A stretch of DNA of 64,000 nucleotides from a virus (IMGVR_UViG_3300021399_000004:105339-169338), one strand, 5' to 3'; counted from the stretch's first letter, positions 1-7,947 are shown. Translations and numbers: made by a program. Notes: generated by a model from the letters alone, not told the origin.

Positions 1-860
1 GGGGTTTTGCGGCGAGTGACAAAATCTACGGTGTCGCCAAGATCACGGAATGGGAAATATTTGATACCAATTGATACGGCGTGACGCTTTGCAATGCGGG
101 AAAGAATATAAGTTTCAATAATGGCATCGTCCAGGGCTGTGTGACTCTCTATGAAATCATATTTGTTACAGAGATATTGATAAGTAGTTTCGGCGCTGGT
201 CTTGAAATAAGTTCCGGAGGCGGTCAGTAGGCCATGTTTGAGGCACTCGGTTTTATAGGTGGCATTATTCAGAAGATGAGAAGTAGCAAGCCCCCAAAGG
301 TCAAAGAGCGGATAGGTTTCGCCGCGGAAAGTGAAGGCGTCCGGGTTAAAGTCTTTGTCAGAATCTTTCTTGTAGGGTTCATTCGCAATCTTCCGGCAGA
401 GATTTTTTTGAATCTGTTCCCACTTCTGATAGTCGGGGCTGTACAGTTTGCGAATATACAATTCAGTGAACGGGATGGCCTTCTTAAAGTCAAACATTGC
501 GTTAAAGGCTCCAACAGCGTCAACTTTGTGCAAGTCGTTAATGAAAATTTCCATGACCGTATCCCACGGGGCAAGAACGGTTTCTTTATTTTCCAGCATT
601 GCCAGATACCGAGGGCGCTTTTCCGCATAATAGGCGGTATTGAATACGGCGGGAACGGCGAACGTTTCGGCAATCAGAAATTGCTTGTTTTCCAGAATAT
701 CGCCCTGCCGGTTAGTAATAGTCCAGCCAATATCGTAAATGAGCGGCCTTGCAATAGCGATCTTCTTCTTCTTTTCGGGATCACCGTCGGCAATTTCAGA
801 GGCGAACGGGAGGGTAGCGGTTTCGGTATCGACAACCATGTACAGACGGCGCTTGCTCAT
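1..860 (-). CDS. DnaQ-like DEDDh 3'-5' exonuclease; 3' end runs off the window
   Basis: Not in the ORF track because there is no stop inside the window. ATG at 858-860 with SD GGAAAGGA upstream. I read the frame open down to position 3. Motifs VVDTETATL, AFNAMFDF and HTALDDA match Exo I/II/III. Paralog of 8803..9564. Confidence 0.75.
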   Translation of the reverse strand, partial: MSKRRLYMVVDTETATLPFASEIADGDPEKKKKIAIARPLIYDIGWTITNRQGDILENKQFLIAETFAVPAVFNTAYYAEKRPRYLAMLENKETVLAPWDTVMEIFINDLHKVDAVGAFNAMFDFKKAIPFTELYIRKLYSPDYQKWEQIQKNLCRKIANEPYKKDSDKDFNPDAFTFRGETYPLFDLWGLATSHLLNNATYKTECLKHGLLTASGTYFKTSAETTYQYLCNKYDFIESHTALDDAIIETYILSRIAKRHAVSIGIKYFPFRDLGDTVDFVTRRKT

Positions 861-970
861 ACGGCAGAAGTCCTTTCCGGTTTGAAGTGTTTTCCTTCAC
901 TTGATGGGTACAGTATAACATAAGCGGTGATAAAAGTCAATAGGGAAATTTGATGGGCATAGCCGTATTA

Positions 971-990
971 TTAGATGTTCAAACATCTAA
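971..990. repeat. 20-bp palindrome copy 1 (centre CA), shared by divergent promoters
   Basis: ttagatgttCAaacatctaa. 30 bp from -35 935..940 (-10 912..917, gene 1..860). 29 bp from -35 1020..1025 (-10 1042..1047, gene 1074..1583). Confidence 0.95.
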
Positions 991-1019
991 AAATGTTGAA
1001 GGAAAATTAAAAATATGGA

Positions 1020-1047
1020 TTGACTTTTTTATAAAGTCGAGTATAAT
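1020..1047 (+). promoter_or_regulatory. Promoter of the inverted cassette 1074..1583
   Basis: TTGACT (1020..1025), 16-bp spacer, TATAAT (1042..1047). Confidence 0.7.
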
Positions 1048-1073
1048 ATAATTGTACCAAGAGAAAGGAGCCA

Positions 1074-1583
1074 ATGAAGATGACTGATTACAAGCAGGAA
1101 GCCCGTAAATTTTTGAAAGAATTTTCTCCTGCGTTAGAAAACTATAATGGTTCACTGACGTATATGTGGCAGAAAGCCAAAGAATATAATAAAGGTAGAA
1201 CGAAAATAAATCAAATTGTTTGTAGAAATGGTGCTACTCGGATAGCTCTTATCGGCAAGGATTTTGTTGTAAAGATGGATTATGATGCTGATGATGATAT
1301 AAAAATGTTTGGTGGATGCGGGAAAGAATACGCTTTGTATAGAAAATGTGTTCGTGAAAATTCGCCTTATTTGCATTGTTTATTGGAAATTGCTAAAATT
1401 AAAGTAGGCAATCATTTCTATTACATCATGCCAAAAGCAAACTATTGCGGGCATACTTCCTTCTTAAATTTCAATTGTGAAGAAAGAAACTGGCTGTATA
1501 GTCATGTAAATGATTTACATAATGGAAATATTGGAAAATATAACGGTAAACCTGTGGTTATTGATTATGCCTGTCAGTTCTGA
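1074..1583 (+). CDS. Small protein-kinase-like phosphotransferase (putative)
   Basis: Only plus-strand gene of the left arm. SD AAAGGAG, TGA stop inside the terminator stem. Motifs: FVVKMD (beta3 Lys), EYALY (alphaC Glu), NDLHNGNIG (D-x-H-x-x-N catalytic loop), VVIDYA (metal-binding Asp). Call rests on motif recall only. Confidence 0.45.
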   Translation: MKMTDYKQEARKFLKEFSPALENYNGSLTYMWQKAKEYNKGRTKINQIVCRNGATRIALIGKDFVVKMDYDADDDIKMFGGCGKEYALYRKCVRENSPYLHCLLEIAKIKVGNHFYYIMPKANYCGHTSFLNFNCEERNWLYSHVNDLHNGNIGKYNGKPVVIDYACQF

Positions 1584-1588
1584 CAGGC
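1569..1588 (+). terminator. Intrinsic terminator of 1074..1583 (stop codon inside the stem)
   Basis: GCCTGTCA-gttc-TGACAGGC followed by ATTTTCATT. Confidence 0.65.
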
Positions 1589-1606
1589 ATTTTCATTATT
1601 TGTAGA

Positions 1607-1626
1607 TTAGATGTTTGAACATCTAA
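1607..1626. repeat. Palindrome copy 2 (centre TG)
   Basis: Lies between the convergent terminators of 1074..1583 and 1670..2002. No promoter is adjacent. Confidence 0.95.
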
Positions 1627-1643
1627 CCTCTCTGGAAAAAAAG

Positions 1644-1665
1644 AAAAGCGGCCGAAGCCGCTTTA
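1644..1665 (-). terminator. Intrinsic terminator of 1670..2002
   Basis: AAAAGCGGC-CGAA-GCCGCTTT; symmetric A/T flanks. Confidence 0.7.
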
Positions 1666-1669
1666 AGTG

Positions 1670-2002
1670 TTAGCCCTTCACCGTGTAGGTGTTGGGCTTG
1701 CCCTCGGTCTTGACAAGCTCGTCAGCCCACAGGCGGGTAATGGCGTACTGCACATTGCCACGGGTTACGCCGGTGGGCAGGTCATTCTGGCAAGCCTCGT
1801 AAACCTCGCTAACCGTCAGCGACACAGGAGTGGACTTGAACACGTTGAACACAATGTCCTTCATAGTCGTATACATGTCGGACTTGGCAGCCTTGACCTC
1901 GGCGCCACGGTTCAGCTCCTTGTCAACGGCGGCAAGCAGCTCGGTCTGATCGGGCATGGTAGACAGGATGTTGCGGATAGCAGTCAGAGAAGCCTTCGTC
2001 AT
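1670..2002 (-). CDS. Small early protein, family A (winged-helix-like C-terminal half)
   Basis: 110 aa, TAA stop. Paralogs at 5385..5723 and 8294..8638 share SE(V/I/L)YE..LP.G.T(R/K)G.V.YA.TR.W.DE. Two tandem promoters upstream. Confidence 0.7.
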   Translation of the reverse strand: MTKASLTAIRNILSTMPDQTELLAAVDKELNRGAEVKAAKSDMYTTMKDIVFNVFKSTPVSLTVSEVYEACQNDLPTGVTRGNVQYAITRLWADELVKTEGKPNTYTVKG

Positions 2003-2024
2003 ATGGATACCCTTTCTGGTTTGT

Positions 2025-2040
2025 GGGGTTTTCCTTCCCC
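2025..2040 (-). promoter_or_regulatory. Conserved leader hairpin 2, example (mRNA: GGGG-AAGGAAAA-CCCC)
   Basis: The same loop with different complementary stems occurs at 887..900, 2688..2700, 3627..3642, 4831..4846, 5246..5261, 5748..5761, 6896..6909, 7968..7981 and 8661..8676. Confidence 0.7.
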
Positions 2041-2052
2041 TGTTTTGTTGTT

Positions 2053-2064
2053 GTCCCTTGGGAC
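2053..2064 (-). promoter_or_regulatory. Conserved 5'-proximal leader hairpin 1, example (GTCCC-NN-GGGAC)
   Basis: Lies just downstream of the -10. Variants GTTCC..GGAAC (12661..12674, 13272..13285) and GTACC..GGTAC (11239..11253) keep complementarity. Confidence 0.65.
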
Positions 2065-2070
2065 ACTCTT

Positions 2071-2099
2071 ATTGTACCACACTTTAGTGTGCTTGTCAA
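2071..2099 (-). promoter_or_regulatory. Proximal promoter of 1670..2002
   Basis: TTGACA (2094..2099), 17-bp spacer, TGG-TACAAT (2071..2076). Confidence 0.75.
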
Positions 2100-2228
2100 G
2101 GGAGTTTGGAAACTTTTTTTGAGTTTCAACTACGACCTTGCAACGGTGGTGTGGCTTGGAGTTCCCTCCTGACAGTATTTATTATAGCAAAGGTTTAAGA
2201 AAAAGTCAAGCAGACTCTTTTTAATGCT

Positions 2229-2248
2229 TTAGATGTTTAAACATCTAA
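2229..2248. repeat. Palindrome copy 3 (centre TA), gap 19
   Basis: -35 2204..2209, -10 2181..2186. Distal promoter of 1670..2002. Confidence 0.95.
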
Positions 2249-2255
2249 AATGGCT

Positions 2256-2275
2256 GGGAGGGCGTTAGCCCTCCC
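2256..2275 (-). terminator. Terminator hairpin with TAA in its loop (2265..2477)
   Basis: GGGAGGGC-gTTA-GCCCTCCC. The last codons G-E-G form the stem. Confidence 0.65.
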
Positions 2276-2477
2276 CAATAATAGCCTCAACCAGAGGATG
2301 CCACGTCTTGATATGAGTCACAATCTGTACATCATCAGGATCAATGAAGCCACCGCAACAGCCGCAGATAATGGTCTGAATTTCATCGCCCTTGTAGATA
2401 GCGATACCCGCAATCTCCTGCCGCAATTCGGCAGGCACAGTCAAGTCGTAGAAGGTAATTTGTTCAGTGTACATCAT
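2265..2477 (-). CDS. Hypothetical small early protein (70 aa)
   Basis: Start lies 2 nt after the stop of 2480..2665, so the two form an operon. The TAA sits in the loop of hairpin 2256..2275. Confidence 0.65.
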   Translation of the reverse strand: MMYTEQITFYDLTVPAELRQEIAGIAIYKGDEIQTIICGCCGGFIDPDDVQIVTHIKTWHPLVEAIIGEG

Positions 2478-2479
2478 AA

Positions 2480-2665
2480 TTAGTCATCCTCCTCTACAAT
2501 GTAGTCCATCTCAATCAGGTGCTTGGTCGTGGCGGAGTAGGTCAGGAACTGAATGGTGTTGCCCATGTACAGGCAGATCTGCCAGTAGTCGTCACGCTTG
2601 ACCTCAATGAAGTTGGTCTTGGGGTTATTCAGAAGGGCATGAATCATGTTTTCGTATTCGGTCAT
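2480..2665 (-). CDS. Hypothetical small early protein (61 aa)
   Basis: SD AAAGGAGA then ATG. First gene of the cassette served by palindrome copy 4. TAA stop. Confidence 0.65.
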   Translation of the reverse strand: MTEYENMIHALLNNPKTNFIEVKRDDYWQICLYMGNTIQFLTYSATTKHLIEMDYIVEEDD

Positions 2666-2770
2666 CGTGAATCTCCTTTGGTTTGGTGGGTGTCCTTCCC
2701 TTGGTACGGTCTTATTATACCATAGCGGGATTTTATTGTCAAGAGATATATGCAGGAAAGTTAAAGAATA

Positions 2771-2790
2771 TTAGATGTTTGAACATCTAA
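2771..2790. repeat. Palindrome copy 4 (centre TG), gap 28
   Basis: -35 2737..2742, -10 2714..2719. Operon 2480..2665 plus 2265..2477. Confidence 0.95.
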
Positions 2791-2805
2791 TATAAATAAG
2801 GCCCA

Positions 2806-3096
2806 TTAGGGCCGTAGGTAATCAACAATGATTTCACCAGTATCAGCAGCGATGACTTGCACTCTCGTGCAGTCTTTATCTCCAAGATAAATAGCAACAG
2901 AATGAAGTGCAGATACAATATCAGTAGTAAATTCTTCATAGTATTCTTCGCCATAATAGCGAAGGAGACAATAGCCTGGAAGGTAACTCAGAGTAATAGT
3001 TTCAGTTGGTTTACAATTGTGAATGAAGTCCATGGCAGATTCACGGGTCGCAAACTCTCGGTCAAGTCCTGTCGTCTCATTTGTAATCTTCCACAT
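2806..3096 (-). CDS. Hypothetical small early protein (96 aa)
   Basis: SD GAAGGAGG then ATG. TAA sits in the loop of GGCCC-ATTA-GGGCC. The C-terminus DTGEIIVDY resembles GTGEIVAIF of 12171..12362. Confidence 0.65.
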   Translation of the reverse strand: MWKITNETTGLDREFATRESAMDFIHNCKPTETITLSYLPGYCLLRYYGEEYYEEFTTDIVSALHSVAIYLGDKDCTRVQVIAADTGEIIVDYLRP

Positions 3097-3170
3097 ATTT
3101 GTGTACCTCCTTCGTACAATGGTATTATACTATGAGATTAGGCGTGTGTCAAGAGGAGTTCTAATGGCTA

Positions 3171-3190
3171 TTAGATGTTTGAACATCTAA
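3171..3190. repeat. Palindrome copy 5 (centre TG), gap 18
   Basis: -35 3147..3152, -10 3124..3129. Gene 2806..3096. Confidence 0.95.
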
Positions 3191-3209
3191 TCCAGAAAGG
3201 CGGTGGCGG

Positions 3210-3602
3210 TTACACCGCCACCTCACGGTCGAGATACTGGTTAGGGTCGTCCTTCTCTTCTTCTTCCTGAGCCTTGGCGGCCTTGGCGGCCCGGCGGGCC
3301 TTGTCAGCGGCAATCTTAGCCGCCTTTTCCTTAGCCTTGGCTTCGGCCTTCGCCGCCTTGGCGGCCTTTTCCTCTTTCCACGCTTCAGCCTCCACAAAGG
3401 GGTCAAACACACCGCCCTTGGCAGTCTCGGTGAAGGACTTGGACTTAACCGTGATCTCAGTCCAAACCTCCTGACCGTCTACCTCCTGCAACACGGCGAA
3501 CGAGGCATCACCAAACTGCACAGCGGCAAGCTGTTCCAGAACGTCATGCAGGGCAGTCAGGGTCATGGCACGAGCGGCGGACTTGGCTTCCAGAATCTTC
3601 AT
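3210..3602 (-). CDS. Early protein family B: globular N-domain plus Lys/Ala-rich (histone H1-like) tail
   Basis: ATG at 3602; the track's TTG start at 3608 is less likely. SD AGAAAGGG. Tail AAKAAKAEAKAKEKAAKIAADKARRAAKAAKA. Paralog 7582..7947. DNA binding is an inference. Confidence 0.65.
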   Translation of the reverse strand: MKILEAKSAARAMTLTALHDVLEQLAAVQFGDASFAVLQEVDGQEVWTEITVKSKSFTETAKGGVFDPFVEAEAWKEEKAAKAAKAEAKAKEKAAKIAADKARRAAKAAKAQEEEEKDDPNQYLDREVAV

Positions 3603-3703
3603 AGGCAATTCCCTTTCTGGTTTTTTGGGGTTTTCCTTCCCCTTGGTACATGCTTATTATACAGGATTCTTTGGTAAAAGTCAAGAATTTTTAGGGAGAT
3701 AAA

Positions 3704-3723
3704 TTAGATGTTTGAACATCTAA
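3704..3723. repeat. Palindrome copy 6 (centre TG), gap 19
   Basis: -35 3679..3684, -10 3656..3661. Gene 3210..3602. Confidence 0.95.
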
Positions 3724-3755
3724 TTTAGGTTTTAGGTAAAAGCCCTTGCGGGCTT

Positions 3756-4808
3756 TTACTTAATAAATTCTTCAAGATGATTTTGATATTCAATAGCAAA
3801 TTGCTTCTGGGCCGGGTCGGTCACGTCAGCATTGAAACGAGTAAGATACTGGATAATTTTGCCTTTGTGCGAAACTTCACATGTAATGCAGGGGGTATCT
3901 GGGGCAGAAATTTTCCGTACAGTAACAATGTAAGTTTCGTTATGAAATACTTTCGACATATAGAGATCTTCTACACAATTCTCTTGCGCCTTTGCTTCAA
4001 TATGAAATGCTTCTTTGTTAAGAATTGGGCGCGCTTCATAATCCCGATATTGGAAGTAGAGGAATGGCTTGTCATTATTTTTAGTTAAAATAGAATCATA
4101 ATTTTCTTGCTTATAAATTTTATAAAGATAGACCATTTTAGCATAAGCGGTTAAGAAATTATGCGGCACTTTCACTTCATTATACATCATTATACTCATT
4201 TTATAATAGTTAATAATCAATTCTTCAAATTTAGGCTGGGCATAATATACATATGGATTATCATCAATATTAGCAGAGAATGAATCAACATTTTCAAGAA
4301 TCATTCGTTGTAGTATGGAGATAACGTAAGTACCGGGGATTTCTTGATGATGATATGCGATAGAACGAGCAATCTTTTTTGCCCAGTCGGGAAATCTTTC
4401 ATGAGCAGGATAATTTTTAGAAAAGTTATAGGCGGCGACGGCGTTATCGCTATACATGCCATTATAGTTATCTTTGATAAAGCTAACAAGCTCTTTAGTC
4501 AGACGGGAAGAGGAATCTAAAGCACTAAAACTTTCCGGAACTAATCCAACGGATATAAGCTGTTCAAGCCTGTTTGCTCTTGCTCGGGTGTACTTTTCTT
4601 TATAAGTTGATTCGTTCATTCTATACATATAGATAACACGAGCAAAAATATTATTACATGTAAGATTATTATAAGTAAATACTTGTGGAATGGTCTTAAC
4701 AGGTTTATTAGACTTGCCGATGAAATTTCCAGTAGTGATATGCCACTTGCCCATCATCTCATTCGCATGATATGCTACAATGTAATCTTTCTCTTTGATG
4801 AACTCCAT
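3756..4808 (-). CDS. PcfJ-like domain protein (putative)
   Basis: 350 aa and AT-richer than its neighbours. The C-terminal region NCVEDLYMSKVFHNETYIVTVRK...CITCEV.HKGKIIQ resembles my recollection of the PcfJ family. Own cassette. Confidence 0.5.
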   Translation of the reverse strand: MEFIKEKDYIVAYHANEMMGKWHITTGNFIGKSNKPVKTIPQVFTYNNLTCNNIFARVIYMYRMNESTYKEKYTRARANRLEQLISVGLVPESFSALDSSSRLTKELVSFIKDNYNGMYSDNAVAAYNFSKNYPAHERFPDWAKKIARSIAYHHQEIPGTYVISILQRMILENVDSFSANIDDNPYVYYAQPKFEELIINYYKMSIMMYNEVKVPHNFLTAYAKMVYLYKIYKQENYDSILTKNNDKPFLYFQYRDYEARPILNKEAFHIEAKAQENCVEDLYMSKVFHNETYIVTVRKISAPDTPCITCEVSHKGKIIQYLTRFNADVTDPAQKQFAIEYQNHLEEFIK

Positions 4809-4903
4809 GCCGGCAACCTTTCTGGTTTGAGGTGTTTTCCTTCACCTTTCGAGAGTAGTATACCACCGATTCAAAGGATTGTCAATAAGGAAAAATTCAT
4901 AGA

Positions 4904-4923
4904 TTAGATGTTCAAACATCTAA
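4904..4923. repeat. Palindrome copy 7 (centre CA), gap 18
   Basis: -35 4880..4885, -10 4857..4862. Gene 3756..4808. Confidence 0.95.
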
Positions 4924-4927
4924 CCTT

Positions 4928-4947
4928 AAAAGCCCGTTAGGGCTTTT
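4928..4947 (-). terminator. Terminator hairpin with TAA in its loop (4937..5224)
   Basis: AAAAGCCC-gTTA-GGGCTTTT. Confidence 0.7.
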
Positions 4948-5224
4948 TCGAGAAGTTCTTTTTTACATATGCCCGCAAGGTTTTTTCTGCCTGTTCGGGC
5001 GTGCGGCGACGAGTTGTGACAACATTCCAACAATCAAATGCCCCTGCTTCTTCACCGTATTCATATATATCAGCGGCGCGCCAGGTATCATCGCCCCACC
5101 ATTCTGTCATGGCATTTGCGTCAAACAAAGCGTAAGCTCCTTCCCACCCACAGTCCCAAGTGTCTACTACGGAAAGACAAACATACTGATGATTAGGAGT
5201 GCGGATTACTTCATGAAGATACAT
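4937..5224 (-). CDS. Hypothetical small early protein (95 aa, Trp-rich)
   Basis: ATG at 5224 preceded by the conserved leader and SD. The longer track ORF to 5338 would run through the promoter. TAA sits in the loop of AAAAGCCC-GTTA-GGGCTTTT. Confidence 0.65.
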   Translation of the reverse strand: MYLHEVIRTPNHQYVCLSVVDTWDCGWEGAYALFDANAMTEWWGDDTWRAADIYEYGEEAGAFDCWNVVTTRRRTPEQAEKTLRAYVKKNFSKKP

Positions 5225-5322
5225 TTTGAATCCTTTCTGGTTTTCGGGATTTTCCTTTCCCTTTGGAACGCTTTTAGTATAGCATAAGATGATTTGGAAA
5301 TCAAGTCTAATTTTTGATGAGT

Positions 5323-5342
5323 TTAGATGTTTTAACATCTAA
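5323..5342. repeat. Palindrome copy 8 (centre TT), gap 18
   Basis: -35 5299..5304 (TTGATT), -10 5276..5281. Gene 4937..5224. Confidence 0.95.
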
Positions 5343-5384
5343 TTAGAAGGCAAAGAAAAAGCGCCCGTAGGCGCTTTGCAGGGA

Positions 5385-5723
5385 TTACGCCCTGCGGTAG
5401 CAGTTGACGCCCTTGACGCCCTCAACCTTGACGATGGCGTCACCCCACAGGCGGGTCAGACCATAGCTGACCTTGCCCTTGGTAAAGCCCTCGGGGAGCT
5501 TGTCAGCGCACTCGTCATAGATCTCAGCGGCAGTCAGCGGGGCAGTGGTCATCGCAAGGACTTCCAGCACAGCGGCCTTCGCTTCGTCATAGGCGGACTT
5601 GCGCTCAGCCTTGGCGGCTTCGCCACGGTGCAGTTCGGCGTTGAGTTCGTCCATGATGGCGGTATCAGAGTAGCCAGTCTCGGTCAGGTAAGCAACAACA
5701 GCGGACAGAGTAGCCTTCTTCAT
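5385..5723 (-). CDS. Small early protein, family A
   Basis: 112 aa, paralog of 1670..2002 and 8294..8638. Tandem promoters upstream, and the distal one shares a 27-nt identical segment with the 1670..2002 upstream region. Confidence 0.7.
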   Translation of the reverse strand: MKKATLSAVVAYLTETGYSDTAIMDELNAELHRGEAAKAERKSAYDEAKAAVLEVLAMTTAPLTAAEIYDECADKLPEGFTKGKVSYGLTRLWGDAIVKVEGVKGVNCYRRA

Positions 5724-5775
5724 ACGGGAATCTCCTTCTGGTTTGGTGGGTTTTCCTTCCCTTGATTACGTGGTA

Positions 5776-5804
5776 ATTATACCACAGATTTTGTTGGCTG
5801 TCAA
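5776..5804 (-). promoter_or_regulatory. Proximal promoter of 5385..5723
   Basis: TTGACA (5799..5804), 17-bp spacer, TGG-TATAAT (5776..5781). Confidence 0.75.
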
Positions 5805-5954
5805 GAGGAAGTTTTAAGTTTCGCAAACTTTTTTTTAGCACTTTGCGAAGGTAGAATTTTTAAGGCGCGGTGTCAAGGTGCTCGCTTGTCTTGTGCCCTT
5901 CCCTCCTGACAGTATTTATTATAGCCGATTCTTTGATAAAAGTCAAACAGTTAA

Positions 5955-5974
5955 TTAGATGTTTAAACATCTAA
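5955..5974. repeat. Palindrome copy 9 (centre TA), gap 8
   Basis: -35 5941..5946, -10 5918..5923. Distal promoter of 5385..5723. Confidence 0.95.
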
Positions 5975-5988
5975 CTAGAAGAGGCACC

Positions 5989-6180
5989 TTAAAGGTGCTC
6001 TGCATGAACTTTGCGGCAGTATGGGCAATAAATATCAACGAAGTCATCATCTCCGTCAATGCAGACAGGTTTCAAATAAGTATAATCTACCATGAAGTAA
6101 TGGCCACAATGGGGGCAACTGGTTTCATCATAGTAATAGGTAACTTCTTCGTAGTTCTTCTTCTGATACTTGCTCATCAT
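5989..6180 (-). CDS. Small zinc-ribbon protein (63 aa)
   Basis: CPHCGH...CPYCRK pairs. SD GGAGGG. Appears co-transcribed with 6231..6419 because no promoter lies between them. Confidence 0.6.
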   Translation of the reverse strand: MMSKYQKKNYEEVTYYYDETSCPHCGHYFMVDYTYLKPVCIDGDDDFVDIYCPYCRKVHAEHL

Positions 6181-6230
6181 TTGTTAAGCCCTCCGTGTTT
6201 TCATTTGATTTTTAAGATACATAATTGTCA

Positions 6231-6419
6231 TTACGTTTTCCCGTTAATGCAGATAATTTCATTTACGGTAGGATCAGTAACTATGAGGACTTTCTTGCAA
6301 TTAATCAGAGCGCCATGCCCAGACAGGGCAATCTTGAGAATATTGAAAGGCATGGGGTTTGGCGACCGAACAATGAACTTGTCTGCAAATTCATACACAT
6401 ACTTGATATGATTCTCCAT
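6231..6419 (-). CDS. Hypothetical small early protein (62 aa)
   Basis: The track starts at 6431, but that ATG abuts the SD. The ATG at 6419 has about 11-nt spacing. TAA stop. Confidence 0.55.
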   Translation of the reverse strand: MENHIKYVYEFADKFIVRSPNPMPFNILKIALSGHGALINCKKVLIVTDPTVNEIICINGKT

Positions 6420-6503
6420 TCGGGATTCCATCCTTTCTGTTCCCTTGGAACAATTGCATTATAGCATAAAATTAAATTGCTGTCAAGAGGCCTGGAAATA
6501 ATA

Positions 6504-6523
6504 TTAGATGTTAAAACATCTAT
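6504..6523. repeat. Palindrome copy 10 (centre AA, 19/20 match), gap 17
   Basis: ttagatgttaaaacatctaT. -35 6481..6486, -10 6458..6463. Operon 6231..6419 plus 5989..6180. Confidence 0.9.
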
Positions 6524-6564
6524 ATAATTTAGACTCGTTCTACAACAAGTCTAAATTTATTTCT

Positions 6565-6873
6565 TTATACTGTGCGCCTTTCAATAAAGTTCTTAAGTAG
6601 TTCTGCCAACTCATGAGCAGTATGCATACTCACATCATCATAATCCCATGGGAATCCCATAGTTTCCCACATTCCTATAGCATTACCATATGAGCCATCA
6701 TGGAGGATCGCATCTCCAGGAAGTCCTTCAAAGGTAATTTGAAAACCATTCTGGTAAAACCAAATGTCTTCAATCTTAATATTATATCGATCGAGTTCAG
6801 TGAGAAAAGTATGCAGACTATTGACATAAGTCATGTTAAGGGGAACACGAGTAAATTCAGAGTAAGTACGCAT
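6565..6873 (-). CDS. Hypothetical early protein (102 aa)
   Basis: SD AAAGGAGAA then ATG; conserved leader; TAA stop. Confidence 0.65.
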   Translation of the reverse strand: MRTYSEFTRVPLNMTYVNSLHTFLTELDRYNIKIEDIWFYQNGFQITFEGLPGDAILHDGSYGNAIGMWETMGFPWDYDDVSMHTAHELAELLKNFIERRTV

Positions 6874-6959
6874 AGATTTTTCTCCTTTTGGTTTAGAGTT
6901 TTCCTTCTCCTAATTACAATTGGAGTATACTATATTTATGGTATTTTGTCAACATAAAA

Positions 6960-6979
6960 TTAGATGTTCAAACATCTAA
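6960..6979. repeat. Palindrome copy 11 (centre CA), gap 7
   Basis: -35 6947..6952, -10 6924..6929. Gene 6565..6873. Confidence 0.95.
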
Positions 6980-6991
6980 TCTACAAGGCCC

Positions 6992-7429
6992 TCACAAGAG
7001 GGTCTTGAGAATTTCAATAATACGGTCAGGGGTATAAGCCGTGTCATGCCAATCATCACGGTTTTTCTGTTCATCATCGAACAGGATTCCGCCGCCGCAA
7101 GTTAAATATTTATTAGTTCCATATCTGACAACTTTGATCTCGTCCCATTCAACCGAGGGCAAGTGATGAATCAGCCATTCCCTTTTTGCCATTTCTACGG
7201 CGGTATTAAATGCTTCGCTTCCGGTTTTAGAAGTCCAGCTAATAATACCAATTTTCCAGCCCTTGTCCTGCAAGCGATTGAGCAGCCTTGCAAGAAGGCT
7301 AAAGTTCAGCATGACTTTAGCGTTTTTGTAGGGGAAAGTATCCTCTCTATTCAGATAGTCAAGCCACCCTTCCACCTCATACAGGGCGGCGATTGTCCCA
7401 TCCATGTCAAACCAAATTTCTTTCTTCAT
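6992..7429 (-). CDS. HAD-superfamily hydrolase, 5'(3')-deoxyribonucleotidase-like
   Basis: N-terminal FDMDGTIA matches HAD motif I. 145 aa. SD AGAAAGGA. TGA stop. Confidence 0.55.
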   Translation of the reverse strand: MKKEIWFDMDGTIAALYEVEGWLDYLNREDTFPYKNAKVMLNFSLLARLLNRLQDKGWKIGIISWTSKTGSEAFNTAVEMAKREWLIHHLPSVEWDEIKVVRYGTNKYLTCGGGILFDDEQKNRDDWHDTAYTPDRIIEILKTLL

Positions 7430-7528
7430 CTTGTTTATCCTTTCTGGCTTTAGAGATTCTTTCCTTTTGGGAACAATGACAGTATAGCATACATTAAAAA
7501 AGAAGTCAAGGTAGAAAATGAAATAAGA

Positions 7529-7548
7529 TTAGATGTTTGAACATCTAA
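7529..7548. repeat. Palindrome copy 12 (centre TG), gap 19
   Basis: -35 7504..7509, -10 7481..7486. Gene 6992..7429. Confidence 0.95.
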
Positions 7549-7581
7549 ATTTTAGGACGAGGCGTTAGACGCCTCTAATGG

Positions 7582-7947
7582 TTACTGAGTATTTTCCTTC
7601 AACTTCTGCTTGGCAGCACGCTTGGCATTGTCGGCCGCAATTTTCGCCGCTTTCTTGGCGTCGGCTGCCGCCTTCTTCGCCTTCTTCTCTTCCATGTCAA
7701 GGCGGTACTCTTCGGCGGCGGCGTAGGCATCGTACTCAATGTAACCGCCCTGTCCGTCACGAGTACCACGGGGGATAGATACCTTGACAAGTGCAAACTT
7801 CTCATTCTGTGCGCTGTCAAGTACGGGGATGGCGATTTCGTTTCCGCTAACGTCAATAGCGTCTACGTCAAAGTGGGCGGCAAGCGCCTGGCGGATCACG
7901 TCAAGAACCTCATTGCGGATGGGGGTGTTCAGTTCTTCCTTGCTCAT
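7582..7947 (-). CDS. Early protein family B with Lys/Ala-rich tail
   Basis: Paralog of 3210..3602. Tail EKKAKKAAADAKKAAKIAADNAKRAAKQK. Its -35 (8016..8021) overlaps the stop of 8018..8167, and no palindrome sits in front. Confidence 0.65.
   Translation of the reverse strand: MSKEELNTPIRNEVLDVIRQALAAHFDVDAIDVSGNEIAIPVLDSAQNEKFALVKVSIPRGTRDGQGGYIEYDAYAAAEEYRLDMEEKKAKKAAADAKKAAKIAADNAKRAAKQKLKENTQ

Noticed and set aside
234-923. Plus-strand ORF 234..923 (229 aa) and minus ORF 269..673.
   Set aside because: They overlap the hand-read exonuclease frame (1..860, minus), which has clear Exo I-III motifs, an SD and a promoter. These two have neither motifs nor SD and are shadow or out-of-frame ORFs.
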